Assembly (NCBI RefSeq): GCF_006345805.1
Contig: NC_043007.1
Span: forward strand, 60,636,001 to 60,700,000
DNA length: 64,000 nucleotides
DNA from: Octopus sinensis
Lineage: Eukaryota
Direction of reading: 5' to 3'
This document shows, one piece after another, positions 12,345-24,162 of this stretch. Within the stretch, counting starts at the first letter, position 1. Every line of letters starts with the position of its first letter. The position numbers were made by a program, and so were the translations under genes. The notes below the pieces were generated by a model that saw nothing but the letters and a program-made list of their open reading frames with translations, was not told the origin of the DNA and searched no databases.

Positions 12345-12967
12345 TAGACAACAAGATGAGCATGGTGCATTTTGCAATAGATTGTTTATTTAACAGCTTC
12401 ACCAATATTTCAACAGATTGTCTTCAGGTTCAAAATGTAAAATGAAAATAACTGCAGAAACACTGAAATTCAAAATATAAATGAGAAAATCCTGCATTGC
12501 TACAGTTTTCACTTTCATAACTGGTAAAAGGAAAAAGAAGAAAGAAAAAATAGGAAAAAAATATTTAGTTAAACAGTTTTGTTTAAATGTAATGAAATTC
12601 ACCTGTCATTTTATTCATTCCTCCAGGGCATGATGTAAGTAATTCACTACACTTTCAGTCCTCAAAATGCATGATGACAAATATATTTGTGAATTACTAA
12701 CATCATGTCCTGAAAGAATGAATAAAATGATGGACGAATTTCATGACATTTACACAAAAACTGTTCAGCTAAATATTTTTTTTTTTTCTTTTATCAGTTA
12801 TCAAAATAGCAATACAGGATTTCCTCATATTTTGAATTTTTGTGTTACTGCGGTTATTTTCATTTTACATTTTGAGCCTGAAGAAGACAGATGATCTGTT
12901 AAAATACTGTTCAAACTGTTAAATAAACAATCTATTGCAAATCGCATCATGCTCTTCTTAGTGTCTA
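12345..12967. mobile_element. Palindromic MITE (probably Tc1/mariner-type, TA flanks)
   Basis: TAGACAACAAGATGAGCATG ... CATGCTCTTCTTAGTGTCTA; the halves are imperfect reverse complements almost to the centre (about 12650-12670). Confidence 0.8.
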
Positions 12968-13027
12968 TTTATTATTGTAAAGAGTTATGTCAATCTTTTA
13001 TAAATTATTATTATTATTATTATCATT

Positions 13028-14132
13028 AAGGCGAAAAACTGGCAGAATCGTTAGCATGCTGGACAAAATGCTCAACGGTATTTCACCCGTCATGTTCTGA
13101 GTTCAAATTCCGTAGTGGTCAACTTTACCTTTCATCTTTTCGGGGTCGATAAATTAAGTACCAGTGAAACACGGGTTCATGTAATCAACTAGTCCCCTCC
13201 CCATAAATTTCAGGACTTGTGCCTTTAGTAGAAAGGACTATTATTATTAAGGCAGTGAGCTGGCAAAATCGTTAGCATGCTTGGCAAAGTGCTTAGTGGT
13301 ATTTCATCCTTCTTTACGTTCTGAGTTGAAATTCTGCCTAGGTAGACTTTGCCTTTCATCATTTTGGGGTCAATACAATTGACTAGTCCCCCTCCCCCGA
13401 ATTTCAGGCCTTGTACTTATAGTAGAAAGGATTGTTATTATTATTATTATTGGGGAGAGGAGGAGGGTAGCGAGCTGGCAGAATCGTTAGCATGCTGGGC
13501 AAAATACTTTGTGGTATTTTGTCCGTCCTTATTTTCTGAGTTCAATTGCTGCAGAAGTCTACTTTATCTTTCATCCTTTCAGGGTTGATAAAATAAGTAC
13601 CAGTCAATATAATAAGCTCCAGTTGAGCACTGGATCAATGTAATCAACTTGCCCATTCCACTGAAATTGTTGGCCTTGTTCCAAAATTTGAGACCATTAT
13701 TATTATTATTAGTAGTAGTAGTAGTAGTAATAGTAAGGAGGCAAGCCGGCAGAATTGTTAGCATGTCAGGCAAAATGCTTAGCAGTATTTTGTCTGTATT
13801 TATGTTCTGAGTTCAAACTCTGTTGGGATCGACTTTGCCTTTCATCCTTTTAGTCATAAAAGTAAGTACCAGTTGAACACTGGGGTTGATTTAATCAACT
13901 TAGCCCCTCCCTTGTGTCAAAATTTGAAACCATGATTATTATTATCATAATTATTGATATTAGAATGTCAGACAAAATACCTATTGGAACATCTGATTCT
14001 TTACATTCCGAGATCAAATCCTGTCAAAGTCAACTTTGCCTTTCCTCCTTTGTGCCAGTCAAGTCCTATAATAAATGCGACTAACTCCAACCCCCAAAAT
14101 TTGAGGTCTTGTCCCTGTGTTGGAACTAATTA
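13028..14132 (+). mobile_element. Head-to-tail array of five SINE family 1 copies separated by (ATT)n/(AGT)n tails
   Basis: Copies start near 13028, 13249, 13466, 13735 and 13957; each has GAG/TTCAAAT and ACTTT(G/A)CCTTT(C)ATC motifs. Confidence 0.88.
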
Positions 14133-15067
14133 TAGGGTTAGAAGATAAACCTGAGCACTAATGACTGTTTCATACTGTTGTTTTTTTGTTTTTTTTTCTT
14201 CCTATGTTTGGTCTTCAGAAAAGGCATGTTAAAAGTGAGGTTAGAAATAGTTACAATTTATACACACACACATACACACATTTGGGTTATCTCAATTTCC
14301 AGATCTGTGGATGATTCTTCTATTTTAATGAGAGCCATATCATCCATAGGAGCTGATACTTCAGTTAAGTGTCACATTTACTGTGACACACAACTTGTTA
14401 GTCACATTAGTTGAAACAGTATTCTTTTACTTGTTTCAGTCATTTGACTGTGGCCATACTTGAGCACTGCCTTGAATTTCTTTTTTTTTAGTCAAATAAA
14501 TCAACTGTAGGATTTTTTTTAAAGCCTAGTACTTATCTTATTGGTCTCTTTTGCTGAGCCACTAAGTTACAGAGATGTAAACACACCAACACCAGTTGTC
14601 AAGCGATGAGGGGAGGACAGACACACACACATAGATATATACATATCTATATATATATATATATATATGGGGGGGGGCTTTCAGTTTCCGTTTACCAAAT
14701 CTACTCACATGGTTTTGGTCGCCCTAAGGCTATAGTAGAAGACACTTACCCAAGGTGCCACACTGTGGCACTGAACCCAGAACCATGTGGTTGAGAAGCA
14801 AGCTTCTTACCATACACCCATGCCTAGATACAAGATTAAATGCTTGGCATCCTTATAAAAATCTCCCTTTTGAATTTAAATTTAAACCATTCACTACAGC
14901 ACTCTGAAGGAGATATGAATTTTGACCCTTCAACTAGTTGCTCATCACTCTAGGAACCTGAGTAGCTGTGAATTTCAATAAGGTACCTTCATAAATATAA
15001 AGCTCTATTGTTATTTTAAGAATTGGACCATATTCTCAACACTTATTTTACTGTGTTTCATTTCCAG

Positions 15068-15172
15068 ATAAAGAATGTAAAGATATGAAGAGAAAAATTG
15101 TGATATTAAATGAACAGCTTGAGAAGGCAGAAATGGCATTGTTTAACACTTCTCAATCACCAAACTGGGCCA
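15068..15172 (+). CDS. NUMA1: NuMA/Mud-like protein, exon at the end of the coiled coil
   Basis: TTTCCAG acceptor, phase 1; YKECKDMKRKIVILNEQLEKAEMALFNTSQSPNWA; A|GTAAGT donor, phase 1. Confidence 0.85.
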
Positions 15173-15344
15173 GTAAGTATGTGTGGCTTGTTTTACTTAT
15201 CAACATTTACTGAGATACTCATCATGTCAATCTCATTAACCTAGAAACAGTTTTGGATTAATGTTTAGTACTATCTTTGTGGTCTTAAATTTTAATTGCA
15301 CTAATGGAATATGTACATTATAGCTGGGAAAATTTACTAAAATT

Positions 15345-15560
15345 CTTTCCTGAGGAATATTGTCAACTGTTTGCAAATCATCAAAGTTTTTAGCTCCAGC
15401 TCTGTAATGAAGTAATAGTTTCAAATAGAAGAGTTCTACTTGTAACAGATGGACAGAGTATACTCTATCGAGCATCTCTGCTATTTCTTCTGGTTGTCTT
15501 GTTCTTCTTCACCAAATCCATGACTGTCACATAACGTTTAGAGGAGTTGCCATGTAGGAT
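15345..15560 (-). mobile_element. Ancient Helitron Rep-helicase linker remnant
   Basis: DRVYSVHLLQVELFYLKLLLHYRAGAKNFDDLQTVD matches the Helitron consensus pattern GR.Y.V....E.FYLRLLL....G..SFEDLRTVDG (recalled). Confidence 0.7.
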
Positions 15561-15837
15561 AACAAGTTAACTGGCTAATTGTAATACCAGTGCCTGTTCT
15601 GGCACTGTTTTTCTATATATTACTGGCAGGGAGATGATTTACTGCTATTTCTAGCAGTCAGACATCCATCACTGATAGACCAAGGAAGTTCAAAATCACA
15701 TGACCTAGTGGTCTTGGTGCTGAAGGTGGCAGAGATTTATCTCCCTGCAAGTGCTAGAAACAAGATTGCATTTTGCACTAAAAGCCAATATGAGAGTTTC
15801 TCTCATGGTAGCTATTGCAGTATAGTTTGTTCTAATA

Positions 15838-16105
15838 CAGTGGTTCCCAAATTTTTCAGGCTGCCACTCCCTTAGTTTTAAGGCCACATTTCTAGTGCCC
15901 CCCCTCTCACCTTCACAGACAGAGACCATTTCTGCAACAAATTCAAAACAACAGTATTTCACAAATAAAGCTTAACCTAATTACCCCTTTATTTTGTTTG
16001 CTTTTTTTTTACATCCATTGTCCCATTTTGGTCACCCCAATATTGTCCCATTTTTCTTCAAACCTGCCCCCTGGATCTTTCCACTGCCCACTTTGGGAAC
16101 CACTG
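15838..16105. mobile_element. hAT (Charlie-type) MITE
   Basis: Perfect 14-bp TIRs CAGTGGTTCCCAAA / TTTGGGAACCACTG; TCTAATA duplicated on both flanks. Confidence 0.88.
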
Positions 16106-16489
16106 TCTAATAGAACATCCACATTTAAGTGGGGATAAATAATTTACTTCTGGTCAGTCAAGTATAAATAATTGATGTTGTTCATCAGGTAAATCTGGTA
16201 CTTTTAGAATACAGATTAAACCAGATTTACAGCAGTAACCAAAATCACAATTAGCCACTGTTCCTCCTAGTGCACTTTTCTATGAACATTAATACATTAC
16301 AATGATAGCATCTCACATCCATTAAGTCATACCACAACTACGACAGGTTACATTGACAGCCAATTCCAGTATCAAGTCCATGTCATATTGTCTTGCAACA
16401 TTCAACAGCTGTTTTGACAATTTTATTTGTCCTACGATCCAAGGTACTTTGAATAGGCTGGAGCTGGTTATGTGAAGCTGGTGTAGGAT

Positions 16490-16715
16490 ACACCATGGAT
16501 TCACTTTGTCAGGTCTTCGCAGTCACAGCATATCTCCCGAGATCTCGGTCTTTCGTCATTGCCTCTGTGTGGCCCAACGTTTGAAGGTCATGCTTGACCA
16601 CCTCATCCCATGTCTTCCTGGGTCTACCTCTATCCCGGATTCCTTCAACTGTTTGGGAGTGGCACTTCTTCACACATCTCTCCTCATCCATCCTTAGTAC
16701 ATGACCATACCAGTG
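16490..16715 (-). mobile_element. RTE family A ORF 3'-end fragment
   Basis: MDEERCVKKC...RGRPRKTWDEVVKHDL, nearly identical to the C-terminus of ORF 50773..51717. Confidence 0.88.
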
Positions 16716-18904
16716 CTAGAAGATTAAAAAAATTATTATTTGAAAATCATTTTGCTCTGAAGATAGCATGTGATGGGTTATGGTTAGACTTAGAAACACA
16801 GTTCGTATTGTAACATAGATTAGTCATAACATGAACAGTTTTGTTTTGGTAATTTTGTCTTTTAAATTTTAGATGACTCTTTGGAATGTGCCTCAAGCAC
16901 ATTAAATAAAGTTCCTTATGATCTGAGGTCCAGAAGCAGTAACAAGATGAAAGATTATAACTTATCACCAATAAGGTTGGTTGGCTCAACGTTTGATTAT
17001 ATCACTCAAGTTTATTTCTATCTACAGCTTAGGATGTACAGTAGTTCATAGAATTTTCATCAATGATTTACAGTCCAGCTTGGGATACTTTTATGTTGCT
17101 AATGCAAGTGCATTGGATATTAGCATAATCGTTAAACCAGCTTTTATTCTCTCATACACTCTCACAAACTCCATCCACCTGCACTCCCTGTTCTCTTGTC
17201 CTCATTCACTTCTACTCACTGAGTGTCCTTGTTGTGGCACCAGGGTCCACTTTGATGCCTCATCACCACTATTTCATCTTTTTCCAGCTCCATTACACTC
17301 ACTCCCACCCTCTCTTCTAAAATGTTAGTATCCATGTAGATGTAGCTCCTCTGCTGCAAAAAACCTTTTCTTTTCTGTGTCCCCTTCTCTCATATTTAAT
17401 CCCTCCTATAAATCCACCTCCTTCTCTACTGAAGTCTCACTCAATTAAAGGGACTTTAGTCTTTTAAGCTGCATTACAATCTCACTAGTACTGGTGCCAC
17501 AACAAGAGCACTTATTACTTGCTGTAAACTGACAGATATTAGGAAGGGCATCCAGCCATAGAAACCATGCCAAAGCAGACTTTGGAGCACAATTCAGTCC
17601 TTGGACCTGTCAGATCCTGGGAAACCATCCTGTCCATGCCAGTGTGGAATATAGATGTTATGTGTTGATGCTTGATAATGACTAGAACACCAGGTAAGAT
17701 ATTTCAGTATTTACTGACATGCCCTTGACTTCTGAGTTCATATTAGAGCAAGGTCAATTTTACCATTAATTCTTCTAGAATTAATAAAGTACCATTCAAG
17801 CACTGCGATTTATTTAACTGACTCTTTCTTCCAAAATTTGTGGTTCTATGCATCGTCACCATCATTGTTTCATCATTCACTTTTCCATGCTTGCTTGGGT
17901 TGGCTGGAGTTTATTGAGGCAGATAAGTTTTGGTGCATGACTTTTGGCCTGCCTTGTATATTTACACGTTTTCACAGAATACTTGAAATGAACAACATTC
18001 GTTTACAACAATCAGGCATTGTCAAGATAAAAAGACATAAACACACATTCACATAAATGCATATATATGATGAGCATCTACCAAATCCACTCACAAGGCT
18101 TTGGTCAGCCTGGGGCTACAGTAGAAGACACTTGCACAAAGTGCCATGTGGTTGGGAAGCAAACTGCTTAACCAGACAACCATACCTGCATCTCTTGTCC
18201 ATGTAAGAATGTGTCTTAATTTTTTGTCATTTCCTATGCGTTTCCTTTATTTTTTCCATTTGATATATAAGTAAGGTTATTCACCACAACATTTTAAACA
18301 GTTGATGTATTAATTATTTAATCTCTTCCAGTGTGTATAGTACTTCAAGCATAAAGTCATTTGCTTCTAATGCCTCTACTTCATCAAGGACACCAGTACC
18401 TTGTAAGTATCCATTTACTCAGACTAATTGCTCAATTGTTATTTCCCTTCCTTTCATCACTCTTCTGGGTGAAAGAGAATTGATGAAAAGAATACTGAAA
18501 CTAAATAAATCCTTCATAAACACACCCTTGTTCTCCGTTTATTTTTTTGTGTATAGCTTAACAAAAGCTATAACTGGTGATACCATAAGAACAACAGCTC
18601 TCGCTTCACATATTGAAGTAAACAAAAAAAATCAATGGAAAACAAGAGTATGTTTATGAAGGATTTATTTAGTTTCATTTGGTTGGACACATCTGGGTGA
18701 AAGCAATAGGTCATCTTGCTCTTAGGAGAAATCCCGACTAACTGGAAGTTCTCTTCACTGCAGACCAGCTCACTAGCTAACCCACAGCAAAGTTCCTGTC
18801 TACAATTCATCTGTTATAAGTCCTTGAGCAGTACCCTACAATACCAAAAATATACTTGACTATCCACTATCAGAGTTCAGTATAGTATTTTTGATAGTTG
18901 AAAC

Positions 18905-19312
18905 CCCATTTGATTTTTTTGATGTACTTGACTCAATAGGTTTCCTCAAGCACAGCAGGTCGCCCTATAAAAATCAAATGGAAATTGTAGTTGTGATACC
19001 TGTGCCGGTGGCATGTAAAAAGCACCATCCGAATGTGGCTGATGCCAGCGCCGCCCTGACTGGCTTCCATGCTGGTGACATGTAAAAAGCACCAACCGAT
19101 CATGGCCGTTACCAGCCTCCCCTGGCACCTGTGCCGGTGGCACATAAAAAGCACCCACTACATACATGGAGTGGTTGGCGTTAGGAAGGGCATCCAGCTG
19201 TATAAACTCTGCCAGATCAGACTGGAGCCTGGTGCAGCCTCCTGGCTTCCCAGACCCCAGTCAAACCGTCCAGCCCATGCTAGTATGGAAAACGGACATT
19301 AAACGATGATGA
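18905..19312 (+). mobile_element. RTE family A 3' UTR/tail copy. At least 12 more, e.g. about 5690-5885 (-), 21670-21825 (+), 23030-23270 (+), 27765-28135 (-), 28445-28790 (-), 29990-30215 (+), 37200-37620 (-), 47700-47850 (+), 48600-48765 (+), 52704-52847 (+), 52885-53230 (-), 55005-55265 (-)
   Basis: Shared GTTAGGAAGGGCATCCAGCTGTA...CCCATGCTAGCATGGAAAACGGAC(A/G)TTAAACGATGATGAT and internal GTGCCGGTGGCA(C/T)(G/A)TAAAAAGCACC repeats. Confidence 0.9.
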
Positions 19313-20900
19313 AACCCTAGATTATACAAAAGTTAGCCAAAAAAAAATTCCATTGTCTGGAACTATTCCTCTTTTGGTTCACCTAAATTAGGCATGGGTA
19401 ACCTTTATTGAAAAGTGGATTGCATGAGACATGACTCATCAGGTGGGTCACACTAAAAATTTCAAGGTTATTTTTCATTGGACATTCAATTCAGAAAGTC
19501 CTGCAGATTGCTCTTGGCTGATCTAAATATTGGATGCCTTGATACTTTTGTCAGTCAGCAGATTTCACTGTATGCTAAGGTGCTGGTGCACTGAATGCAA
19601 GCTCATAAATTTAAGTCTTCTTACATCACAAAGCTGGAAATCTACCTGTTTATTGAGTCCCTAATAAACAGTTCAATTCCATGTTCTATAGCTTGAATGA
19701 GTCTGCTTGGTGGAGTAACAGCTCTTTCTCCAAAATATAACCGTAGGAAATTTTCAATTCACATCTGCAGACTATTTAAAATACCTCCTTGATTGCAACT
19801 TTCATGGAAGCAAACTCAAATATACACAAACACATGCATTCATCTTCTTTTCCATGATTGCATGAGTCAGACCGGAGTTCATTAGAGCAATTCTCTATGG
19901 TCAGATGCCCTTCCTGATGCCAACTACCACCTGTTTCCTGGTGAAGTAATAATCTCCCGGTCTACAAGACAATAACCAGCACAGGCATAGTTACACAAAG
20001 AACTGGAAACTAATTACACCATGTACATAAACAACAAGGTCATTGTTTATAGCCAGCGAACACACATGAAGATAGAGGAAAATATGAACTATCTCTTTCT
20101 CTTTCTCTCTCTCTCTCTCTCTCTCTTATACACACACAGTCTTTTTTCAGCTTACATCTACCAAATCCACACACAAGGCTTTGGTCAATCCAGTGCTATA
20201 ATTGAAGACACTTGCCCAATGTACCATGCAGCGGAACTGAATTCAAAACCAAGTAGTTTCAAAGTGAATATCATATACTCACAGCTATGTTTGTGCTTAC
20301 GTGTGGCCCAAAAACATGCTGTCTCTTTAATCTGCCTCTTCAACTGCAGCAACAACAGCAGCCCCTGAACCTAGCTACTTGCATACTATCTCCCACCAAA
20401 GCCCATGCATCTCTTCCAATAACCCAAATAGTCCAATCCACTTTTAGACCCTACACTAACCATTTCCATAATTTGTCACCCTCTGAAATTTTCTCCTACT
20501 CACTTTTTCTTGCAAAATAATATCTAAATATGAACATAAATCATATCAGTCTGACCAGTGTTGTCAGAAAGATAACACAGGCCATGGACACCGACCATTC
20601 CTTCAAAAACGAGAAAAACAATTACATCTATGTCATGTTGTTGTTTTTCAATAAGTCAAACAGACAGACTTTACACGTGATCACTTTTATTTACAATTCA
20701 GGATTACCCCCTCTCTCTCTCTCTCTCTTCCCCTCTGCGTACGCGCGCGATTAAAGGGACATAATCCAATGTTGCAATTCAGCTTTCTTGGAGAGCCAAA
20801 AGTTGTGAGAAAACAAACAACTTTGTTGAATCTTCTCTCAAAGCAAAAATCCAATTATCTGCAATGTCACAAAATCACTCTTGTTCCATTTTATTTTCAG

Positions 20901-21115
20901 CTGGCTGTGGCAAAATGTTTGCATGTGAGGATGAACCTAACACTTATGATTGGAGTCGGCTCACTGAAATTAAGCGACGAAACACTATGGTCCCTGCTCA
21001 CCTTCGTTCAACATATCCTGCTGAGCTGCAGAACATTCCAAGTCCATTTAAAGCTGACATCACTCTGCCAAAATCTGCAAGCAAACGCAAGCGGAAGAGT
21101 CCTGTCAGTTCTCAG
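20901..21115 (+). CDS. NUMA1: NuMA/Mud-like protein, exon with the NLM (LGN/Pins-binding) motif and a basic NLS-like stretch
   Basis: TTTTATTTTCAG acceptor, phase 1. ACEDEPNTYDWSRLTEIKRRNTMVPAHLRSTYPAE aligns by eye with the human NuMA segment TCQDEPEQLDDWNRIAELQQRNRVCPPHLKTCYPLE (recalled). SKRKRKSP basic cluster; CAG|GTAAC donor, phase 0. Confidence 0.88.
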
Positions 21116-22165
21116 GTAACATACTCTATTCTACTATTGCCATTCCTTTCTGTTTCTCCTTTTGCTTTATAAATGTTCTTGCTGTTATTTTTCTGCTTCT
21201 TTTAGTCATTCCCTAGTTCTTTTTTTTTCTTTTTGTTTTAACTTCACAGTTTTTCCCTTCACCTGCAAATTTACCTTACACTAATTGCTTTCAATTTCCT
21301 ACCATCTCCATTCCCTTTTCCTTGTATGTATGGGTGTGTATATATTCATTCTTATACTTAATGAAATCCTGGTTCTACTTTTGTTTCTGTGGAAGACAGA
21401 TTCAATTGAGCACTGTAACACCAAGGCAATACTATATATTATGTTGTTGTACATATTATGTATGTGTGTACGTGCATATATATATATACACATTATTTGG
21501 CATTAGAAGGGGCATGTGTGTGTATGTACACATATATATATATGTGTTTATATATGTGTATATATATATATTTGTGTATATATATGTGTATATATACATG
21601 TGTATATATATATATGTGTATATATATATGTATATATGTATAATGTATATATATATGTATATATATATTGACATTAAGAAGGGCATCATGGTACCAGGAA
21701 GAGCATCCAGCTGTAGAAACCATGCCAAATCAGACTGGAACCCAGTGCAGCTCTCCAACTCATCAGCTCCAGTCAAATCATCTAATCCATGCCAGCATGG
21801 GAGAGCAGACATTAAATGATGATGAGATATATATATATATATATATATATACTTGCATAATGAAGAGGTGATTAAGGTGTTGAACTCACAATCATGATTT
21901 CCATTCCTAGACTTGGTGGTGTGTTATGTCCTTGAGTAAAACACTTCATTTCACATTGCTCTGCAGTCATTTTGACATCTGATGTGTGGCACACTTCTGT
22001 ATGTGTACAAGCAGTGTCGATTTGATGGTGGGAGGTAGCTTATGTTAAACACAAACATTTAATCACAATAAGTAAACCATCTGGTTGTTCAGCAAGAAAT
22101 AGTGGAACCCTCATCTATTGTCAGAGTGAGAGTCCATAGTATATTATACGCAAATATACATACAA

Positions 22166-22202
<37 letters not shown>

Positions 22203-22680
22203 CATTCATTTAGACGTACTTTTTTCCATGCTAGCACAGTTTGGACAAATGTCTTTATTGAGGTTTTGTTTTACTGCCAAATGCCCTTCCTATTGCTAAC
22301 TTTTCTTGTTTTTCAACCAAGGAAGTTCTTATTTCATACATCTGATTCTATAAACCAGCTTTCTTTTCTTTATAGTGTTAAGTGGGATGGTGGATTAGCA
22401 GAATCATTAGAATATAGGACAATATGCCATGCAATAATCCTTCCAGCTCTTTATATTCAGAGTTCAAATGTAGCCCAGGTCAACTTTGCCTTTCCATCCC
22501 TCCAAAATCTATAAAGTACTAGCCAAGTACTGGGATTGATTTCACTAACTCCCAAAATTTGAGGCCATGTGCTTATGTTGGAATCAATTAGACAGTAAAA
22601 TTTACCATTAATGGTTGTTTGTATTGCTATTTTTGTTTCATTTTTTTATCTGTTACCCCTTCCTTTGCTTGAATCTTCAG

Positions 22681-22806
22681 AAAAGACATGTTAAAAGTGG
22701 AGGTCAAAATAATTTACAGCAAGCGAGAATTAAAAAAATCAACGATGAAAACACACCTCGTTCTGATAAACGATTACGAATAAAGTCACCCATTGGGCAG
22801 AAGGAG
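22681..22806 (+). CDS. NUMA1: NuMA/Mud-like protein, tail exon
   Basis: TCTTCAG acceptor; 42 codons KRHVKSGGQNN...ENTPRSDKRLRIKSPIGQKE; GAG|GTGAGA donor; phase 0-0. Confidence 0.8.
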
Positions 22807-24162
22807 GTGAGATCTTTCAGACATTCATGCCAAAACACACTCATGATAGCATGAAATAAAAATCCCTACTAACCCCACTGAATAAGTTCATACATACAGT
22901 TTTAAACAAAAGATTAATGAATGATCCTTTGATTTTGAATCATTGCATTGAAATATCTATATGATGCTCTTGTATTCTGAAATTTTGCATGCTAAAGACA
23001 AAATTACTTAATTTTCATATTTGTTGACATGTAAAAGGCATCCATGCCAGTGACATACAGGTCACTCATACTGGTGACACGTGAAAGGCACCCATACTGT
23101 TGACACAAGACACCCAGTACATTCTGTAGAGTGGTTGGTGTTAGAAAGGGTATCCAACCATACAAGCCAAAATAGACTGGAGCCTAGTGCAGCTTTCTAG
23201 CTTACTAGCTCCGATGAAACCATCTGACCCATGCCAGCATGGAAAACAGACGTTAAATGATGATGATGAATTCTTACCTAACACAACCAACTTATATGCT
23301 CCCAGCTGACCAGCTCCATGTCAAACTGTCCAACCCATGCCAACATGGAAAGCGGACATTAAACAATGATGATGATAATGATACACACATATATACAAGA
23401 TTGCCTCAACTTGTCAGATGATAACTGTCTCACATTATAGTGAGATATCTGTATGTCATTGGATTTAAGTGACAAAAGCTTGTACAACACTTTTTCCATT
23501 CTCTCTGGTGCCATAGTAGGTTCCAGTGACAAGCATTACAAGATGACTGGTACTATTTTGACTGCAAGTTTTATATCAGAGTATCTTTCTCTTAGAAGAG
23601 CTGCCTTCCCCACAGTTTTGTCAAAAATAACTGGAGCCTCTTCTATCTCTGAGAAATCTATTTAACCCATAGATGGGATCCTGGCAGAACAAACCTGGGA
23701 GTTGTGGTAATTAAGGAATGACTCCATACTCTCCAGAACTCCTGAGCTGGAGCCTCATCACTGAATACAGTTTAATGTCCTGCATACATACACACACAGC
23801 CATTGTGACATCTCTACTTCAGGATGAATGTCATTTTGAAATGTGTAGAAGGAAGCAGTATTTATTGAGTCACAAAGTGGTTTCAACTTTGTGTTAATTT
23901 AATTTAGGCATCTTAGTTTGGCGGAATGTTAATTTCTTTGAGGACATGGAGAATGAATTCATAAAAAGAAAAATATGTACTGCCCCAAAGATACATGGTT
24001 GCCATTTTGCTATTTCTTGATGTAAACCCTTTGAAAATTTTGGAAAACCTTAAAAATGTTTATAAAAGGTTATTTTGGTGTGCATGCTCTGTCTGATCTT
24101 TTATTTTGTCATGAATAGAACCATAGTTCTTAAGAAGGTTTTTACAATGTATTCATTTTCAG

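Noticed and set aside
18560-18615. RecQ-like helicase motif (AVVLMVSPVIAF) on the minus strand
   Set aside because: A single short motif with no neighbouring helicase motifs in frame; chance similarity is likely.
21285-21871. Cluster of overlapping ORFs rich in Y/I/C/V/M/H/T (also at 48063-48362, 53529-53998, 59405-59732)
   Set aside because: Translations of TA/TG/CA microsatellite mosaics, not proteins.
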